Source of the DNA: Dehalococcoidia bacterium
GTDB lineage: Bacteria > Chloroflexota > Dehalococcoidia > Lucifugimonadales > UBA3495
DNA: 64,000 nucleotides
Assembly: GCA_965262595.1 (NCBI GenBank)
Contig: OZ253548.1
Coordinates: 1,634,228-1,698,227, forward strand
Reading direction: 5' to 3'
Below are positions 18,650-28,658 of this stretch, piece after piece; the stretch's first letter is position 1; the number at the start of each line of letters is the position of its first letter. A model generated the notes under the pieces. It had not been told where the DNA came from and did no database searches. It saw only the letters and a program-made list of their open reading frames with translations. Made by a program: the position numbers and the translations under genes.

Positions 18650-18988
18650 TTAGTCGGCCAGCGGCACCGTGACCGACATTCTGGCCGTAGCCCCCGGGTT
18701 TCGCGTGGTATGGCCCTGGCCGGTGAGGTCTTCAGCCAACAGCGCGGCGCCGACGCCGAGCAAGTGTACCGACCCATCGCCCAATCCAATCTCCATCTCA
18801 CCGGAGAGGGTGACGATGTATTGGCGCCGCGGGGCATTGTGCCAATCGGAAAAACTCCCGGAGGGAGACTCGCGGAAAATAACGCTGGTCGCTCCTTGAG
18901 CGGCTGCCAGGTCGGGATGAGATATCAGGTCCATCTCTTCAATGTGAGACTGACCGTCGGCGCCGGTATATAACCGAAAAATGCTCAT
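18650..18988 (-). CDS. Cupin-fold protein
   Basis: ATG 18988 (GGAG upstream). Small beta-barrel pattern WHNAPRRQYIVTLSGEMEIGLGDGS...LAEDLTGQGHTTR. Confidence 0.55.
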   Translation of the reverse strand: MSIFRLYTGADGQSHIEEMDLISHPDLAAAQGATSVIFRESPSGSFSDWHNAPRRQYIVTLSGEMEIGLGDGSVHLLGVGAALLAEDLTGQGHTTRNPGATARMSVTVPLAD

Positions 18989-19208
18989 GGGTAAAGCTCC
19001 TGCAAATACGGATTGGGGCAAAAGACTTGGCTAAACGGCTCGGTCGCCGCCGCTCGGACCGGCGCAATTCCAACCTTGATCCTGGAACGGATGTTGACAT
19101 CGGCCAGATGTTGACAGGGTAACGGTTCGGTTGGGCGGAAGCAACCGGCGGCCGCAACCAAATTACAGCGGCGCCAAGGCAAGACTTAAGTTTGAGGAGG
19201 GAATCAGG

Positions 19209-20255
19209 ATGGATATCGGAGTCGGACTGGACGGGGGCCTGCGCCTCTCCGCGTCGGAACAGATTGAGCTGTCCCAAGAGGCCGCCCGGCTGGGCTACAC
19301 CAGCATCTGGACTAACGAGGGCAGCGGGCAGGATATGTTCCAGATTTGCGCCCAGCGTTGGGCTGCCAGCCGGGAGGTAGTACCGGAAGGCCTGGCTACC
19401 GGCATCGCGGTATCGCCGGTAATGTACCGTTCGCCGGTGGCGTTTGCAATGAGCGGCGGCACCTTGAGCCAACTCACCGGAGGCCGGTTCTTTATGGGCA
19501 TCGGCTCCGGCGGCGCCTATCGTCCCAGGACTCGGCAATCAATGGGACTGCCCCGGCTGTCGGCGTTGTCAATGATGCGGGATTACTTGAGCACGGTAAA
19601 GGCTCTGGTGGCCGGAGAGCAGACCGACTACCAGGGCGACGTGGTTACCCTGCGGGGCATCAAGCTGGACATTGATCCACCACCCCAGACTCCGGTATAT
19701 CTGGGCGCTCTGGGGCCCGAGATGCTCCGGCTGGCCGGCGAGCTGGCCGACGGGGCCTGCCTGAACTGGTGCAATCCGGAACAAATTGCCTGGAGCCGGG
19801 AACGCATCGCCGAAGGAGCCGCCCGGGTCGGCCGCGACCCCAGCCCGGTTAAAATGGTCGAATACATTCGGTTTTGTGTTGATGACGACGTGGACATCGC
19901 CCGCCGCGCCTACGCCCGGGCCACTATGGGCTACGCCCTGGGCGCTCAGGTGCCGACGGAACGGGAGCGCAGGCTAGGGTACCGGGGCCACTTCGAGCGC
20001 ATGGGCTTTACCGAGGAACTGGCAATGCTCGACGAGATGCGGACCGAGGGAGCGTCCCGGGACGACGTTGCCGACGCGTTCTCCCCGGAACTACTGCGCA
20101 CCGTAGGCTATTATGGCAATGCCGATGGAGCCAAGGCAGCGTTGAGCGACCTGTCCCGGGGGCTGGACACTGCCATCGTCCGAGTAGTGGCGGCGCGTCA
20201 CGGAATCGAGTCCATCCTGGCAGTAATGCGGGCCTGCGCGCCCGGCAACCCGTAG
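19209..20255 (+). CDS. LLM-class (luciferase-like) F420/flavin-dependent oxidoreductase
   Basis: ATG 19209 is preceded by GAGGAGG. Pattern: GYTSIWTNE...GRFFMGIGSG...LGALGPEMLRLAGELADGACLNW. Confidence 0.8.
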   Translation: MDIGVGLDGGLRLSASEQIELSQEAARLGYTSIWTNEGSGQDMFQICAQRWAASREVVPEGLATGIAVSPVMYRSPVAFAMSGGTLSQLTGGRFFMGIGSGGAYRPRTRQSMGLPRLSALSMMRDYLSTVKALVAGEQTDYQGDVVTLRGIKLDIDPPPQTPVYLGALGPEMLRLAGELADGACLNWCNPEQIAWSRERIAEGAARVGRDPSPVKMVEYIRFCVDDDVDIARRAYARATMGYALGAQVPTERERRLGYRGHFERMGFTEELAMLDEMRTEGASRDDVADAFSPELLRTVGYYGNADGAKAALSDLSRGLDTAIVRVVAARHGIESILAVMRACAPGNP

Positions 20256-20410
20256 CAACACCATTGAAAATGCGGCAACCTCGACGTTAATGGTTACCAC
20301 ACTTCGCGACAATGCGGCAACCCCGACGCTGATGGTTGCCGCACTTCGAACCCGAGGGGCGCTTTGGTTCATCCCTCGGACTGGTTAGTTATTTCCGGTC
20401 CGTTTGTTTC

Positions 20411-21226
20411 CTAATCGTCGCCGGCAACGCCGGAGCCGGCCGCCGCCCGTGTTGGCATCCCCGCCGCGCTCTCGATAAAGCGCAACACTTCGAAGTTGAA
20501 GATGTCCGGCTTCTCAAAATAAACCGAATGTCCGGCCTCCGGCACTTTGAGCAGTTGCGCTCCGGGAATTGCCCGCGCTCCGGCCTCGATGACCGACGGC
20601 GGCGCGATTTGGTCGTCTTCGCCGACGAAAAAGAGCGTGGGAACCTTGAGCTGCGCCAGCTCCGATACGCTCGGGCCCGCCGGCTGGCCGCCCGGTGGAT
20701 TTTGCCGGGGCGGATTGGTGCGGGATAACTGGAGGTAAAGATTCGCCATATTGGGGTTCCTTTGCACGAAGAGAGGCGACACCGCCCGGAAGCCTATCTC
20801 GCCGGTAGCGGTGTGGCTGTCCCGCCAGAGCCGTTGCTGCTCCAAAACTTCAGGCGCCTCCATCCCGCCGACGGTATCGGCCATTACCAGGCTCCTGGTC
20901 CGTTGCGGGTAAGCCAGGGCAAACCCCAGCATGGTACGGCCGCCCATTGATTGAGCCACCAGGTGGGCCGACTCGATTTCCAGGTGGTCCAGCAGCCCCC
21001 TTAAGTCCTCCACAAAGGCGCCGGAGCCCGGCCCGCCGGGCAGGTCCAGCGAGTGTCCAAAACCCCGATGGTCGAAGGTGACGCAGCGGTACCGTTGCGA
21101 GAAGAAAGGCACCTGTTGCCACCAGCTCAGCAGGTTGCCGCCCGCACCGTGGGCGAAAACGATAGTTTCCCCTTCGCCGTAGCTCTGGTAGTGAAGTTCT
21201 ATTCCGTTGATTGTTGCGCTGCTCAC
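20411..21226 (-). CDS. Alpha/beta hydrolase
   Basis: Start placed at GTG 21226 (GAGAGGTG upstream). HGAGGN, the nucleophile elbow AQSMGG, and C-terminal GHSVYFEKP. Confidence 0.8.
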   Translation of the reverse strand: MSSATINGIELHYQSYGEGETIVFAHGAGGNLLSWWQQVPFFSQRYRCVTFDHRGFGHSLDLPGGPGSGAFVEDLRGLLDHLEIESAHLVAQSMGGRTMLGFALAYPQRTRSLVMADTVGGMEAPEVLEQQRLWRDSHTATGEIGFRAVSPLFVQRNPNMANLYLQLSRTNPPRQNPPGGQPAGPSVSELAQLKVPTLFFVGEDDQIAPPSVIEAGARAIPGAQLLKVPEAGHSVYFEKPDIFNFEVLRFIESAAGMPTRAAAGSGVAGDD

Positions 21227-21500
21227 GTTGCACCTCTCAGTCAGTTTATGATTTCTGGTGAAGGTTGCGGCCAATAGATGCCGGATGTCAGTGGCTGCCA
21301 GGGGGCCGGTTTCAACTGATTGGGAAGATTCTATCACGGATCGGCGAGGGGGGAGTCGCTGATCGGTTGGTTGTCAGGGCCGCCAATTCCCCTTGACTTT
21401 CAAGACAGTTGCTTTCAATTGCCAAGAAAAACGGCGCCTTTCCCCCATTGTCCGGCAACTTCATACCGAATCTCCCCAGAAGCGGCAATCATGTTAAACT

Positions 21501-21630
21501 AGGGATACTCTGAATAAGTTATTAAACGCCAGCGCCTTCACCGCGTCGTTCCTGCGAAGGCAGGAACGACGGGTAGGGTTCAATATCCAAGTCACGATCC
21601 AGGTCACGGACTTATTCAGAGGTTCCCTGG
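21501..21630. mobile_element. MITE-like non-autonomous element (130 bp) with terminal inverted repeats and a central hairpin
   Basis: Ends agggatactctgaataagt / acttattcagaggttccct form a 19-bp inverted repeat with 2 mismatches. Central perfect hairpin cgtcgttcctgc-gaa-ggcaggaacgacg. Related copies at 1123 and 63709. Confidence 0.6.
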
Positions 21631-21752
21631 CCGTGTTATACCCGTTTATCACCGCTGCTCAGGCTCACTCTTCGGCCAACCCGTTTCAGCCGGCCCAACG
21701 GCATAGCCGGGGGCAATTCGCAAATTCGAACCCCAAATGCAAGGAGGGAATC

Positions 21753-22310
21753 ATGGCCCGAACGCCCGCAGTTACCAGAGAGTCAATACCGGAGAATCAA
21801 CGCGGCGCTTTTGACACAATAGTGCGGGAGCGCGGTGAAGTGCCGGGCGGCGGCCCCGGTTCCGTCCTGATAAACGCCCCGGAAGTAGCCCAACGCACCC
21901 TGGGATTGGCGCTCTACCTGAGGACCGATACATCGCTGGAGCCTCGAATCCGGGAGTTGGCAATGTTGGTCACGGCCCGCGAGAACGACTGCCAGTTTAT
22001 CTGGAACGCCCACGCACCGGCGGGGCGCCGTTCCGGACTTCGCGACGAAATTGTTGACTCCCTCCGCGACAAGCAGCCGCTTCCGAACCCCACTGCGGCC
22101 GAGGCGGCAGTGGTCCGCTACGCGCAAGAGTTCTTCCGACACCGGCGCGTTAGTCAGGAAACCTTTGACGCAGTCGTGTCCCATTTTGGGGTGCCCGGGG
22201 TAACCGAACTTACTACCCTGATGGGGTGTTACGCCATGCTGGCGTTCAACGTCAATGCCTTCGGGGTCGAGTTGCCGGAGGAACTGACCGAGAAACCGTT
22301 GCCCGTTTAA
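21753..22310 (+). CDS. Carboxymuconolactone decarboxylase (AhpD-like) family protein
   Basis: ATG 21753 is preceded by AAGGAGG. Pattern: ELAMLVTARENDCQFIWNAHAPAG. Confidence 0.7.
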   Translation: MARTPAVTRESIPENQRGAFDTIVRERGEVPGGGPGSVLINAPEVAQRTLGLALYLRTDTSLEPRIRELAMLVTARENDCQFIWNAHAPAGRRSGLRDEIVDSLRDKQPLPNPTAAEAAVVRYAQEFFRHRRVSQETFDAVVSHFGVPGVTELTTLMGCYAMLAFNVNAFGVELPEELTEKPLPV

Positions 22311-22364
22311 CGCATACCTGCCGGCATGGTAAATTGTTGAAAATAGGAGACCGAAGGAGGCTCT

Positions 22365-23210
22365 ATGACTACGGGTACGACCAAAGCAGTAGATAAGCTG
22401 GTGCGAGTTGGCGACCTCAATCTGCACTATTTGGAGTGGGGCGAAGTCGGGGCGCCGCCGGTCATTATGGTCCATGGCCTGAGCGGCAACGCCCATGCCT
22501 TCGACAACCTGGCTCCCCATTTCCTGCCCAAGTACCACGTTGTATCGGTTGACGTACGTGGCCGGGGTGACAGTGATTGGGCCAAAGACTCCGACTACTC
22601 TAACGAAGCGTACCTGGCTGACCTGGAGGGATTTCGGCAGGCCCTGGGGTTTGAACGGGTATCGCTGGTGGGCACGTCAATGGGCGGCCGAATCTCCATG
22701 ACCTATGCCGGCGCCAACCCGGAGCGAGTCGAGCGCGCCGTGCTCAACGACATCGGCCCCGAAATTGACCCTCGGGGCGGCGAGCGCATCGCCGTCAGCA
22801 CCCGGGAGGCCGTCACCTCCTTCGCCACAATGGAAGAAGTCCTGGACTGGCACCGTCAGCAACGGGCCGGCTTTAGCCTGCTCAGCGAGTCCGAGCAGTT
22901 AGTGGTTGCCGGCCATGCGGTTAAACCCCAGCCAGGAGGGGGATATACCTGGAAAATGGACCCGGCGGTGCGTTCCAATCCTCGCCGCCCCGACCCGGAG
23001 CAGTCCTGGATTCTCGCCAAGGCGATTGCCAGCCCGGTACTGCTGGTACGGGGCGGGATCAGCGATCTGCTCTCGCCGGAGACCGCCCAGCGGATGGTGC
23101 GGGAAATGCAAGATTGCCGGATGGTAGAGGTGCCGGGCGTGGGCCATGCGCCGACTCTGTCGGAGCCTGAAGCCTTCAACGCGGTCAAGGAACTGTTCGC
23201 CCTGCCCTAA
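22365..23210 (+). CDS. Alpha/beta hydrolase
   Basis: RBS GAAGGAGG. HGLSGN, nucleophile elbow GTSMGG, C-terminal GVGHAPTLSEPE. Confidence 0.85.
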   Translation: MTTGTTKAVDKLVRVGDLNLHYLEWGEVGAPPVIMVHGLSGNAHAFDNLAPHFLPKYHVVSVDVRGRGDSDWAKDSDYSNEAYLADLEGFRQALGFERVSLVGTSMGGRISMTYAGANPERVERAVLNDIGPEIDPRGGERIAVSTREAVTSFATMEEVLDWHRQQRAGFSLLSESEQLVVAGHAVKPQPGGGYTWKMDPAVRSNPRRPDPEQSWILAKAIASPVLLVRGGISDLLSPETAQRMVREMQDCRMVEVPGVGHAPTLSEPEAFNAVKELFALP

Positions 23211-23241
23211 ACGTCCCGACTGCTCTACAAGAGGAGTAAAC

Positions 23242-24240
23242 ATGACCAGCCAACGTGATTCCTGGCTTGCCCAGAACGTAGAAGAGCCTCTGGAACCCGA
23301 ATTACCAATTTGCGACCCGCATCACCACTTCTGGGACCGGGCCGGAGACCGCTACCTGCTGGACCAGCTAGCCAGGGACTTGGGCCGGGGACACAATATT
23401 GAACAAACGGTGTTCATTGAATGCGGTTCCATGTACCGTGCCCGGGGGCCGGAGGAGCTGCGTTCCATTGGCGAAACCGAATTCGTCCATGGAATCGCCG
23501 CCCAGAGCGCCAGCGGACAATACGGCCCGACGGAGGTCGCCGCCGGCATTGTGGCCAACGCCAACCTTATGCTGGGAGCGGCGGTAGCCCCGGTATTGGA
23601 AGCCCACCTTGCCGCGAGCAGCCGCTTTCGGGGCATTCGCTTCACCTGCTCCTGGGATGCCGACCCCGCAGCATCCCCGCCATCGAGCCGCACGCCGGGG
23701 ATGCTGCTCGATTCCCGGCTCCGGGACGGTATCGCCTGCCTGCAAGAGTTGGGCTTGAGCTTTGATGCCCTGGTGTACCACCCCCAGTTGGAAGAGTTGG
23801 CTAATCTGGCGGCGGTCTTCCCGGATACCACGATCATCCTGAACCACATCGGTCGTCCTCTGGGAAACGGGCGCTACGCCGGACAGCGAGAGGAAGTGTT
23901 CTCCAATTGGCAACGGGGAATCACCGCGGTGGCCGCCTGCGACAACGTGGTGGTCAAGCTGGGTGGATTTGGAAACCTGATTAGCGGGTACGATTGGCAC
24001 CAGCGTCCGGTTCCCCCGGATTCGGAGGAACTGGCCCGAACCATAACGCCCTGGCTGACGTTCTGCATCGAACAATTCGGCCCGCAGCGCTGTATGTTTG
24101 AAAGCAACTTCCCGGTGGATAAGGAGTCCTACGCCTACACCACGGTGTGGAACGCCTTCAAGCGGTTATCCCGGGGCTTCTCGGCGGCGGAAAGGGCCGC
24201 CATGTTTCAGGGAACGGCGGTGAAAGCCTACCGGCTCTAA
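23242..24240 (+). CDS. Amidohydrolase-2 family metal-dependent hydrolase
   Basis: ATG 23242 is preceded by GAGGAG. ICDPHHHFWD at the N-terminus, NHIGRP, and FESNFPVD near the C-terminus. Confidence 0.8.
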   Translation: MTSQRDSWLAQNVEEPLEPELPICDPHHHFWDRAGDRYLLDQLARDLGRGHNIEQTVFIECGSMYRARGPEELRSIGETEFVHGIAAQSASGQYGPTEVAAGIVANANLMLGAAVAPVLEAHLAASSRFRGIRFTCSWDADPAASPPSSRTPGMLLDSRLRDGIACLQELGLSFDALVYHPQLEELANLAAVFPDTTIILNHIGRPLGNGRYAGQREEVFSNWQRGITAVAACDNVVVKLGGFGNLISGYDWHQRPVPPDSEELARTITPWLTFCIEQFGPQRCMFESNFPVDKESYAYTTVWNAFKRLSRGFSAAERAAMFQGTAVKAYRL

Positions 24241-24322
24241 ACTGCCTCGGAATTATTGAATCTGCGACGCCGCCCGTAGAACCGGCGTCGCAACTTAACT
24301 TGGCAACCCACAGGAGGAACGG

Positions 24323-25240
24323 ATGACACTGCAATGGGAACAAGTGGCGGGACCATTTAGCCGTTTAACCGAGGGGCCGGCCTGGGATGGCAAACGGCTC
24401 CTGTTCACCTATATTCCGGCCAGCCGCATCATCGCCTACGACCCCGAAACCGGAGAATGCAGCCTGTACCGGGAGAACACCAACCATACTAACGGCCTGG
24501 CTTTCGACGCGGACGGACGACTTTACGGCTGCTGCTCCGGCGGGCGTTCTATTGTGCGCTTCGAGCCGGACGGGAGCACTACTACTATTGTTGACCGGCT
24601 GGACGGGCAGCGGCTGAACACCCCCAACGACCTGGCCATCGACCGCCAGGGGCGTATCTGGTTCAGCAACCCCTGGAACGCCGGCAACATCGACCCCAGT
24701 GAACAGCAGGAGATGGTCAACAAGGACATTCTGCGGGCCGACCCACAGCCCGATGGCAGCTATACCTGCAAGAGAATGACCACCGATACCACCGGAACCA
24801 ATGGCCTGCTCGTCTCACCGGACGAACGAAACCTGTATATCATCCAGACCGACGCCGAACCCGGGGGCATCCGGGAGCTCCGGTCCTACCCCATCGGGCA
24901 AGACGGCTCTTTGGGCCAATATGTCGTTCTCCACCAGTTCGGACAGGACCACCGCGGCCCGCAAAGAGGTATTGACGGCATGTGCCTGGATTCGGCAGGA
25001 AACATTGTGGGCGCCGCCGGCAACCGCCTGAGCGGACCGGGCCCCATAATTTACGTCTGGACTCCTGAGGGCCGAGTGCTGGAAACCTACCCGATGCCGG
25101 TGGGGGTGGACGGCCCGACCAACTGCGCCTTTGGCGACGCCGACCAAAGCAGCCTCTACGTCACCACCGGCCAGGGACATCTTCTCCGACTGAGGAACAG
25201 TGGGCGCCGCGGCTGGATAATGTGGCCGCCGGTCCGGTAA
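24323..25240 (+). CDS. SMP-30/gluconolactonase/LRE-family beta-propeller protein
   Basis: RBS AGGAGG. LTEGPAWD, NTNHTNGLAFD, NTPNDLAID, TNGLLVSPD, GIDGMCLD. Confidence 0.8.
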   Translation: MTLQWEQVAGPFSRLTEGPAWDGKRLLFTYIPASRIIAYDPETGECSLYRENTNHTNGLAFDADGRLYGCCSGGRSIVRFEPDGSTTTIVDRLDGQRLNTPNDLAIDRQGRIWFSNPWNAGNIDPSEQQEMVNKDILRADPQPDGSYTCKRMTTDTTGTNGLLVSPDERNLYIIQTDAEPGGIRELRSYPIGQDGSLGQYVVLHQFGQDHRGPQRGIDGMCLDSAGNIVGAAGNRLSGPGPIIYVWTPEGRVLETYPMPVGVDGPTNCAFGDADQSSLYVTTGQGHLLRLRNSGRRGWIMWPPVR

Positions 25241-25295
25241 CCCCGACCTTGGCCGGGCCAGGACTGGCCCGGTAACAACCCAACTGGAGGGAAGA

Positions 25296-26837
25296 ATGAT
25301 GAAATACGACGTTATCGTAATTGGAGCCGGCTCAGGAGGCTGCGTTGTCGCGGGGCGCTTGTCGGAAGACCCCGACCGTTCCGTGCTGTTGCTGGAAGCC
25401 GGACCGGACTACCCGGATTTTGAGAGCTACCCGGACGACTTGAAATTTGGCTACAGCGCGACGGCATCCACGCCGGGAGCGCCGCATAACTGGTCATTCG
25501 AGGCCCAGGCCCGGCCCGAACAAACCGAGCCGATGCCGGTGCCCCGGGGCAAAGTCGTCGGGGGCACCAGCGCAATTAACGGCCAGGTAATACTGCGCGG
25601 CGTACCGGAAGACTACGATTCCTGGGCCGCTATGGGCAATGACGAGTGGGCCTACATCAACGTGCTGCCCTACTTCAGGAAGCTGGAGACCGACACCGAC
25701 ATTCGAGACGATTTCCACGGGTCCGAGGGGCCTATTCCGGTGCGCCGTTTCCGAAAAGAGGACTGGCTGCCCTTCCAGAATGCCTTCAATCAGGCGGCAT
25801 TGGCCGCCGGATACCCGGAAGACCCGGATATGAACCATCCGGATTCCGGCGGAATTGGCCCGGTCCCGATGAACAACCCCAACGGCGTCCGAATGAGCAC
25901 CGGGCTGACCTATATCAACCCCAACCGGCACCGGCTGAATCTGACCGTCCGGGGCAATGTCCTGGTACGTCGCATTCTCTTCGAGGACAAACGAGCCGTA
26001 GGCGTAGAAGTAGAAAGCGGCGGCGAGGTCTTTCGGGTAGAAGCCAACGAGATAGTGCTCAGCGGCGGGGCCATCGCTTCTCCGCAGATTTTGATGCTGT
26101 CCGGCGTGGGGCCGGCGGACCAACTGCAACGCCTTGGAATACCGGTGGTCCAGGACTTGCCCGGGGTGGGCCAGAACTTCCGCGACCATCCCATGGCCCC
26201 GGTGCGCCTTCGGGTCAAGGATGATTTCCCCCAGGATTCCGAGGCTCCCCGGATTCAGGCTGCCCTACGCTACACCGCCTCCGGGTCTGACCTGCGGAAC
26301 GATATGCAGATTATGCCCTCCTCTTTTTCCTTCCCCCTGGGTGGCGACCCGCTGGAGGGCGAGGGCGTCCGCTTTTCCTGCATCCTGGAGCTGCCCGCCG
26401 GTAAGGGAGCGGTGACTCTGGCTTCCGCCGACCCTCATGACCAGCCAAACCTGTACTACGGGTTCCTGGAAGAACCTTCAGACCGGGAGCGATTGCGCGA
26501 GGCGGTAAGAATCTGTTTCAGGCTGCTGGAGGACGGGGCTTTCAGTGACATTGTTGACGGCCCATTGACTCCCACAGAGCAGGACCTGGCCTCGGAGGAT
26601 GCACTGGACGACTGGCTGAACCGGAATGTGACCACCTCCCAGCATCTGGCCGGCACCTGCAAGATGGGTCCCGATTCGGACCCGACCGCGGTGGTGGACC
26701 AGTATTGCCGGGTTCGCGGGTTGCAAGGGCTGCGCGTGGCGGATACTTCGGTGATGCCGGACGTGGTGCGCGCGAACACCAACACCACGGCCATCACCAT
26801 TGGGGAGCGGGTCGCCGACTGGATCCGGGGCCGGTAG
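25296..26837 (+). CDS. GMC-family FAD oxidoreductase (choline-dehydrogenase-like)
   Basis: YDVIVIGAGSGGCVVAGRLSED, GKVVGGTSAINGQV, C-terminal HLAGTCKMG...LRVADTSVMP. Confidence 0.9.
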   Translation: MMKYDVIVIGAGSGGCVVAGRLSEDPDRSVLLLEAGPDYPDFESYPDDLKFGYSATASTPGAPHNWSFEAQARPEQTEPMPVPRGKVVGGTSAINGQVILRGVPEDYDSWAAMGNDEWAYINVLPYFRKLETDTDIRDDFHGSEGPIPVRRFRKEDWLPFQNAFNQAALAAGYPEDPDMNHPDSGGIGPVPMNNPNGVRMSTGLTYINPNRHRLNLTVRGNVLVRRILFEDKRAVGVEVESGGEVFRVEANEIVLSGGAIASPQILMLSGVGPADQLQRLGIPVVQDLPGVGQNFRDHPMAPVRLRVKDDFPQDSEAPRIQAALRYTASGSDLRNDMQIMPSSFSFPLGGDPLEGEGVRFSCILELPAGKGAVTLASADPHDQPNLYYGFLEEPSDRERLREAVRICFRLLEDGAFSDIVDGPLTPTEQDLASEDALDDWLNRNVTTSQHLAGTCKMGPDSDPTAVVDQYCRVRGLQGLRVADTSVMPDVVRANTNTTAITIGERVADWIRGR

Positions 26838-26842
26838 CGGAC

Positions 26843-26935
26843 ACCGCTTACCGTTAACCGTTCCACCGCTAGCCGTTCCACCGCTAGCCGTTCCACCGCT
26901 AGCCGTTCACTGCTAACCGTTCACTGTTCAACGTT
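26843..26935. repeat. 15-bp tandem repeat (3 perfect units plus about 3 degenerate units), intergenic
   Basis: ccgttccaccgctag at 26858, 26873 and 26888, flanked by degenerate units. Confidence 0.85.
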
Positions 26936-27017
26936 GAACCCTGGCCCGTAGCAACGGCTTGCGCTGGCTCAACCTAAGGGAGGCAGGACCAGGATCCTGG
27001 CATGGGGAGACCGGCAG

Positions 27018-27476
27018 ATGACCACTATCATGTTCCGGTGCGGCGGACTGGCGGCGATTGCGGCCTGGGTCGCTCACGCCCTGGCCTGGGCCGCCGGACT
27101 CTACCTGGCATTTGGGCCCGTCTATCGCGGAGCGTCGATGACAGCGACAAATCCCGGAGAGCTGCCCGGGGAAGTCAGTACACATACGGCAACACTGATC
27201 GAGGTCAACGGCCTCTATGGGGTCGCGTTGCTTTTGAGACCCGTTCTGCTGACTGCCCTGGGGTTGCTGACGATTTATTTCATCGCTCCGGGTCGGGCTG
27301 CACGCAAGGCGTTGCTCTGGCTTTCCGCGGTGGCGCTGGCAGCTTTCTGCATCGTGGCGGTTTTTTCAATTGGCGTGTTCTACCTGCCGGCGACGCTGGC
27401 CCTGCTATGCGCCGCTATTTCGAGCATCCCGGAAGGAGGCAGGCCTACCAACCGGCAGGCAGACCTACGAGAATAG
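27018..27476 (+). CDS. Hypothetical polytopic membrane protein
   Basis: ATG with GGGGAGA upstream. About four hydrophobic segments. No family recognised. Confidence 0.5.
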   Translation: MTTIMFRCGGLAAIAAWVAHALAWAAGLYLAFGPVYRGASMTATNPGELPGEVSTHTATLIEVNGLYGVALLLRPVLLTALGLLTIYFIAPGRAARKALLWLSAVALAAFCIVAVFSIGVFYLPATLALLCAAISSIPEGGRPTNRQADLRE

Positions 27477-27544
27477 CAGCGTCAAGGGCTTTCTTGCCGG
27501 GCATACCGGAACAAATGGCTATCTGCGCGGGCTAATTACCGAAA

Positions 27545-28333
27545 ATGGCAGCGATTCACACTAACTCACCCGGCAATTCACCCGACCCAGACCCGGCGGT
27601 TAAGACCGTGCGGATCGGGGATACGGTCATTGAATATCGGATTCGGCGGAGCCGCCGGCGCAAAAAGACCATCCAAATAGCGGTAAACCGCGACGGCGTG
27701 GTGGTGGCCGCCCCGGCCCGGACTCCGAATAGGGAATTAAAGGACTTGGTTACCCGCCGCGGGAACTGGATTCTCCGGCGTCTTTCCGAGTGGGAGCAGA
27801 GGCCGGAGCCGGAGCCGCTGCAGTTTGTGTCCGGGGAGACCCTTCCTTATCGGGGCGGCAGCATAGCGTTGGCCGTCCAACTCGCGGCGGAGACCTGGTC
27901 AGGTGTACCTGAGGTTAGTTTTTGCCGGGGCCGGTTGCAAATTATCGTCCCAACCGGTCTTACCGAGGCCGACCGGCAGGAACAAGTCCGTGAAGGGATT
28001 ATCGCCTGGTATCGTGAGGGGGCTGCGGTACAGGTGCAGGATTGGGTTAATCGGTGGTGGCCCGCCTTGGGCAAGGGAGATTCCGCCAGAATCCTCATCC
28101 GCAACCAGCGCCGCCGTTGGGGAAGTTGCGCCCACGACCGCACCTTGCGTTTCAATTGGCGGGTTGCGATGCTGGAACCGTCCCTGACCGAATACGTGGT
28201 AGTCCATGAATTGGCCCACCTAACCCACATGAACCACTCCCCGGCCTTCTGGAGTCTGGTGTCCCAGCATTTGCCCGATACGCGGGAACTCCGTCAGCGG
28301 CTGAAAGCGGTCGGCCCCACCTTGCCGCTTTAG
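27545..28333 (+). CDS. YgjP-like (DUF45) zinc metallopeptidase
   Basis: RRWGSC...L.FNWR and the HExxH motif VVHELAHLTHMNHSPAFW. Confidence 0.8.
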   Translation: MAAIHTNSPGNSPDPDPAVKTVRIGDTVIEYRIRRSRRRKKTIQIAVNRDGVVVAAPARTPNRELKDLVTRRGNWILRRLSEWEQRPEPEPLQFVSGETLPYRGGSIALAVQLAAETWSGVPEVSFCRGRLQIIVPTGLTEADRQEQVREGIIAWYREGAAVQVQDWVNRWWPALGKGDSARILIRNQRRRWGSCAHDRTLRFNWRVAMLEPSLTEYVVVHELAHLTHMNHSPAFWSLVSQHLPDTRELRQRLKAVGPTLPL

Positions 28334-28416
28334 GCCAACCGGACATTCCTCGGGCTGATGCCGGGTAAAGCGTTAGACGCCAGGGTGGCGCCAACCATCC
28401 GCCCGCCTGCCGCCGA

Positions 28417-28469
28417 CAACTATCCCCCAGCTATCCCACAACTATCCCCCAGCTATCCCCCAGCTATCT
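28417..28469. repeat. Short tandem repeat (11/22-bp units, ctatccccc-agc type), intergenic
   Basis: caactatcccccagctatccca caactatcccccagctatccccc agctatc. Confidence 0.7.
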
Positions 28470-28658
28470 TTTGGCCGATAACTCAGCCCTTAACCCACTC
28501 GTTGGCTGCCTGCCGGCAAACTCCAAAGGGCCGGGAAAATCTCGGCGACGCCGGAGTTTACGCTCCCGGTGTGCTCCACTTCATGCCCAAGTTCCGAAGC
28601 CGCCAATTTGGCCGATGCCGCTATGAAGTGGTCCCAACGGCGCGGATGGCGCTTCAGG

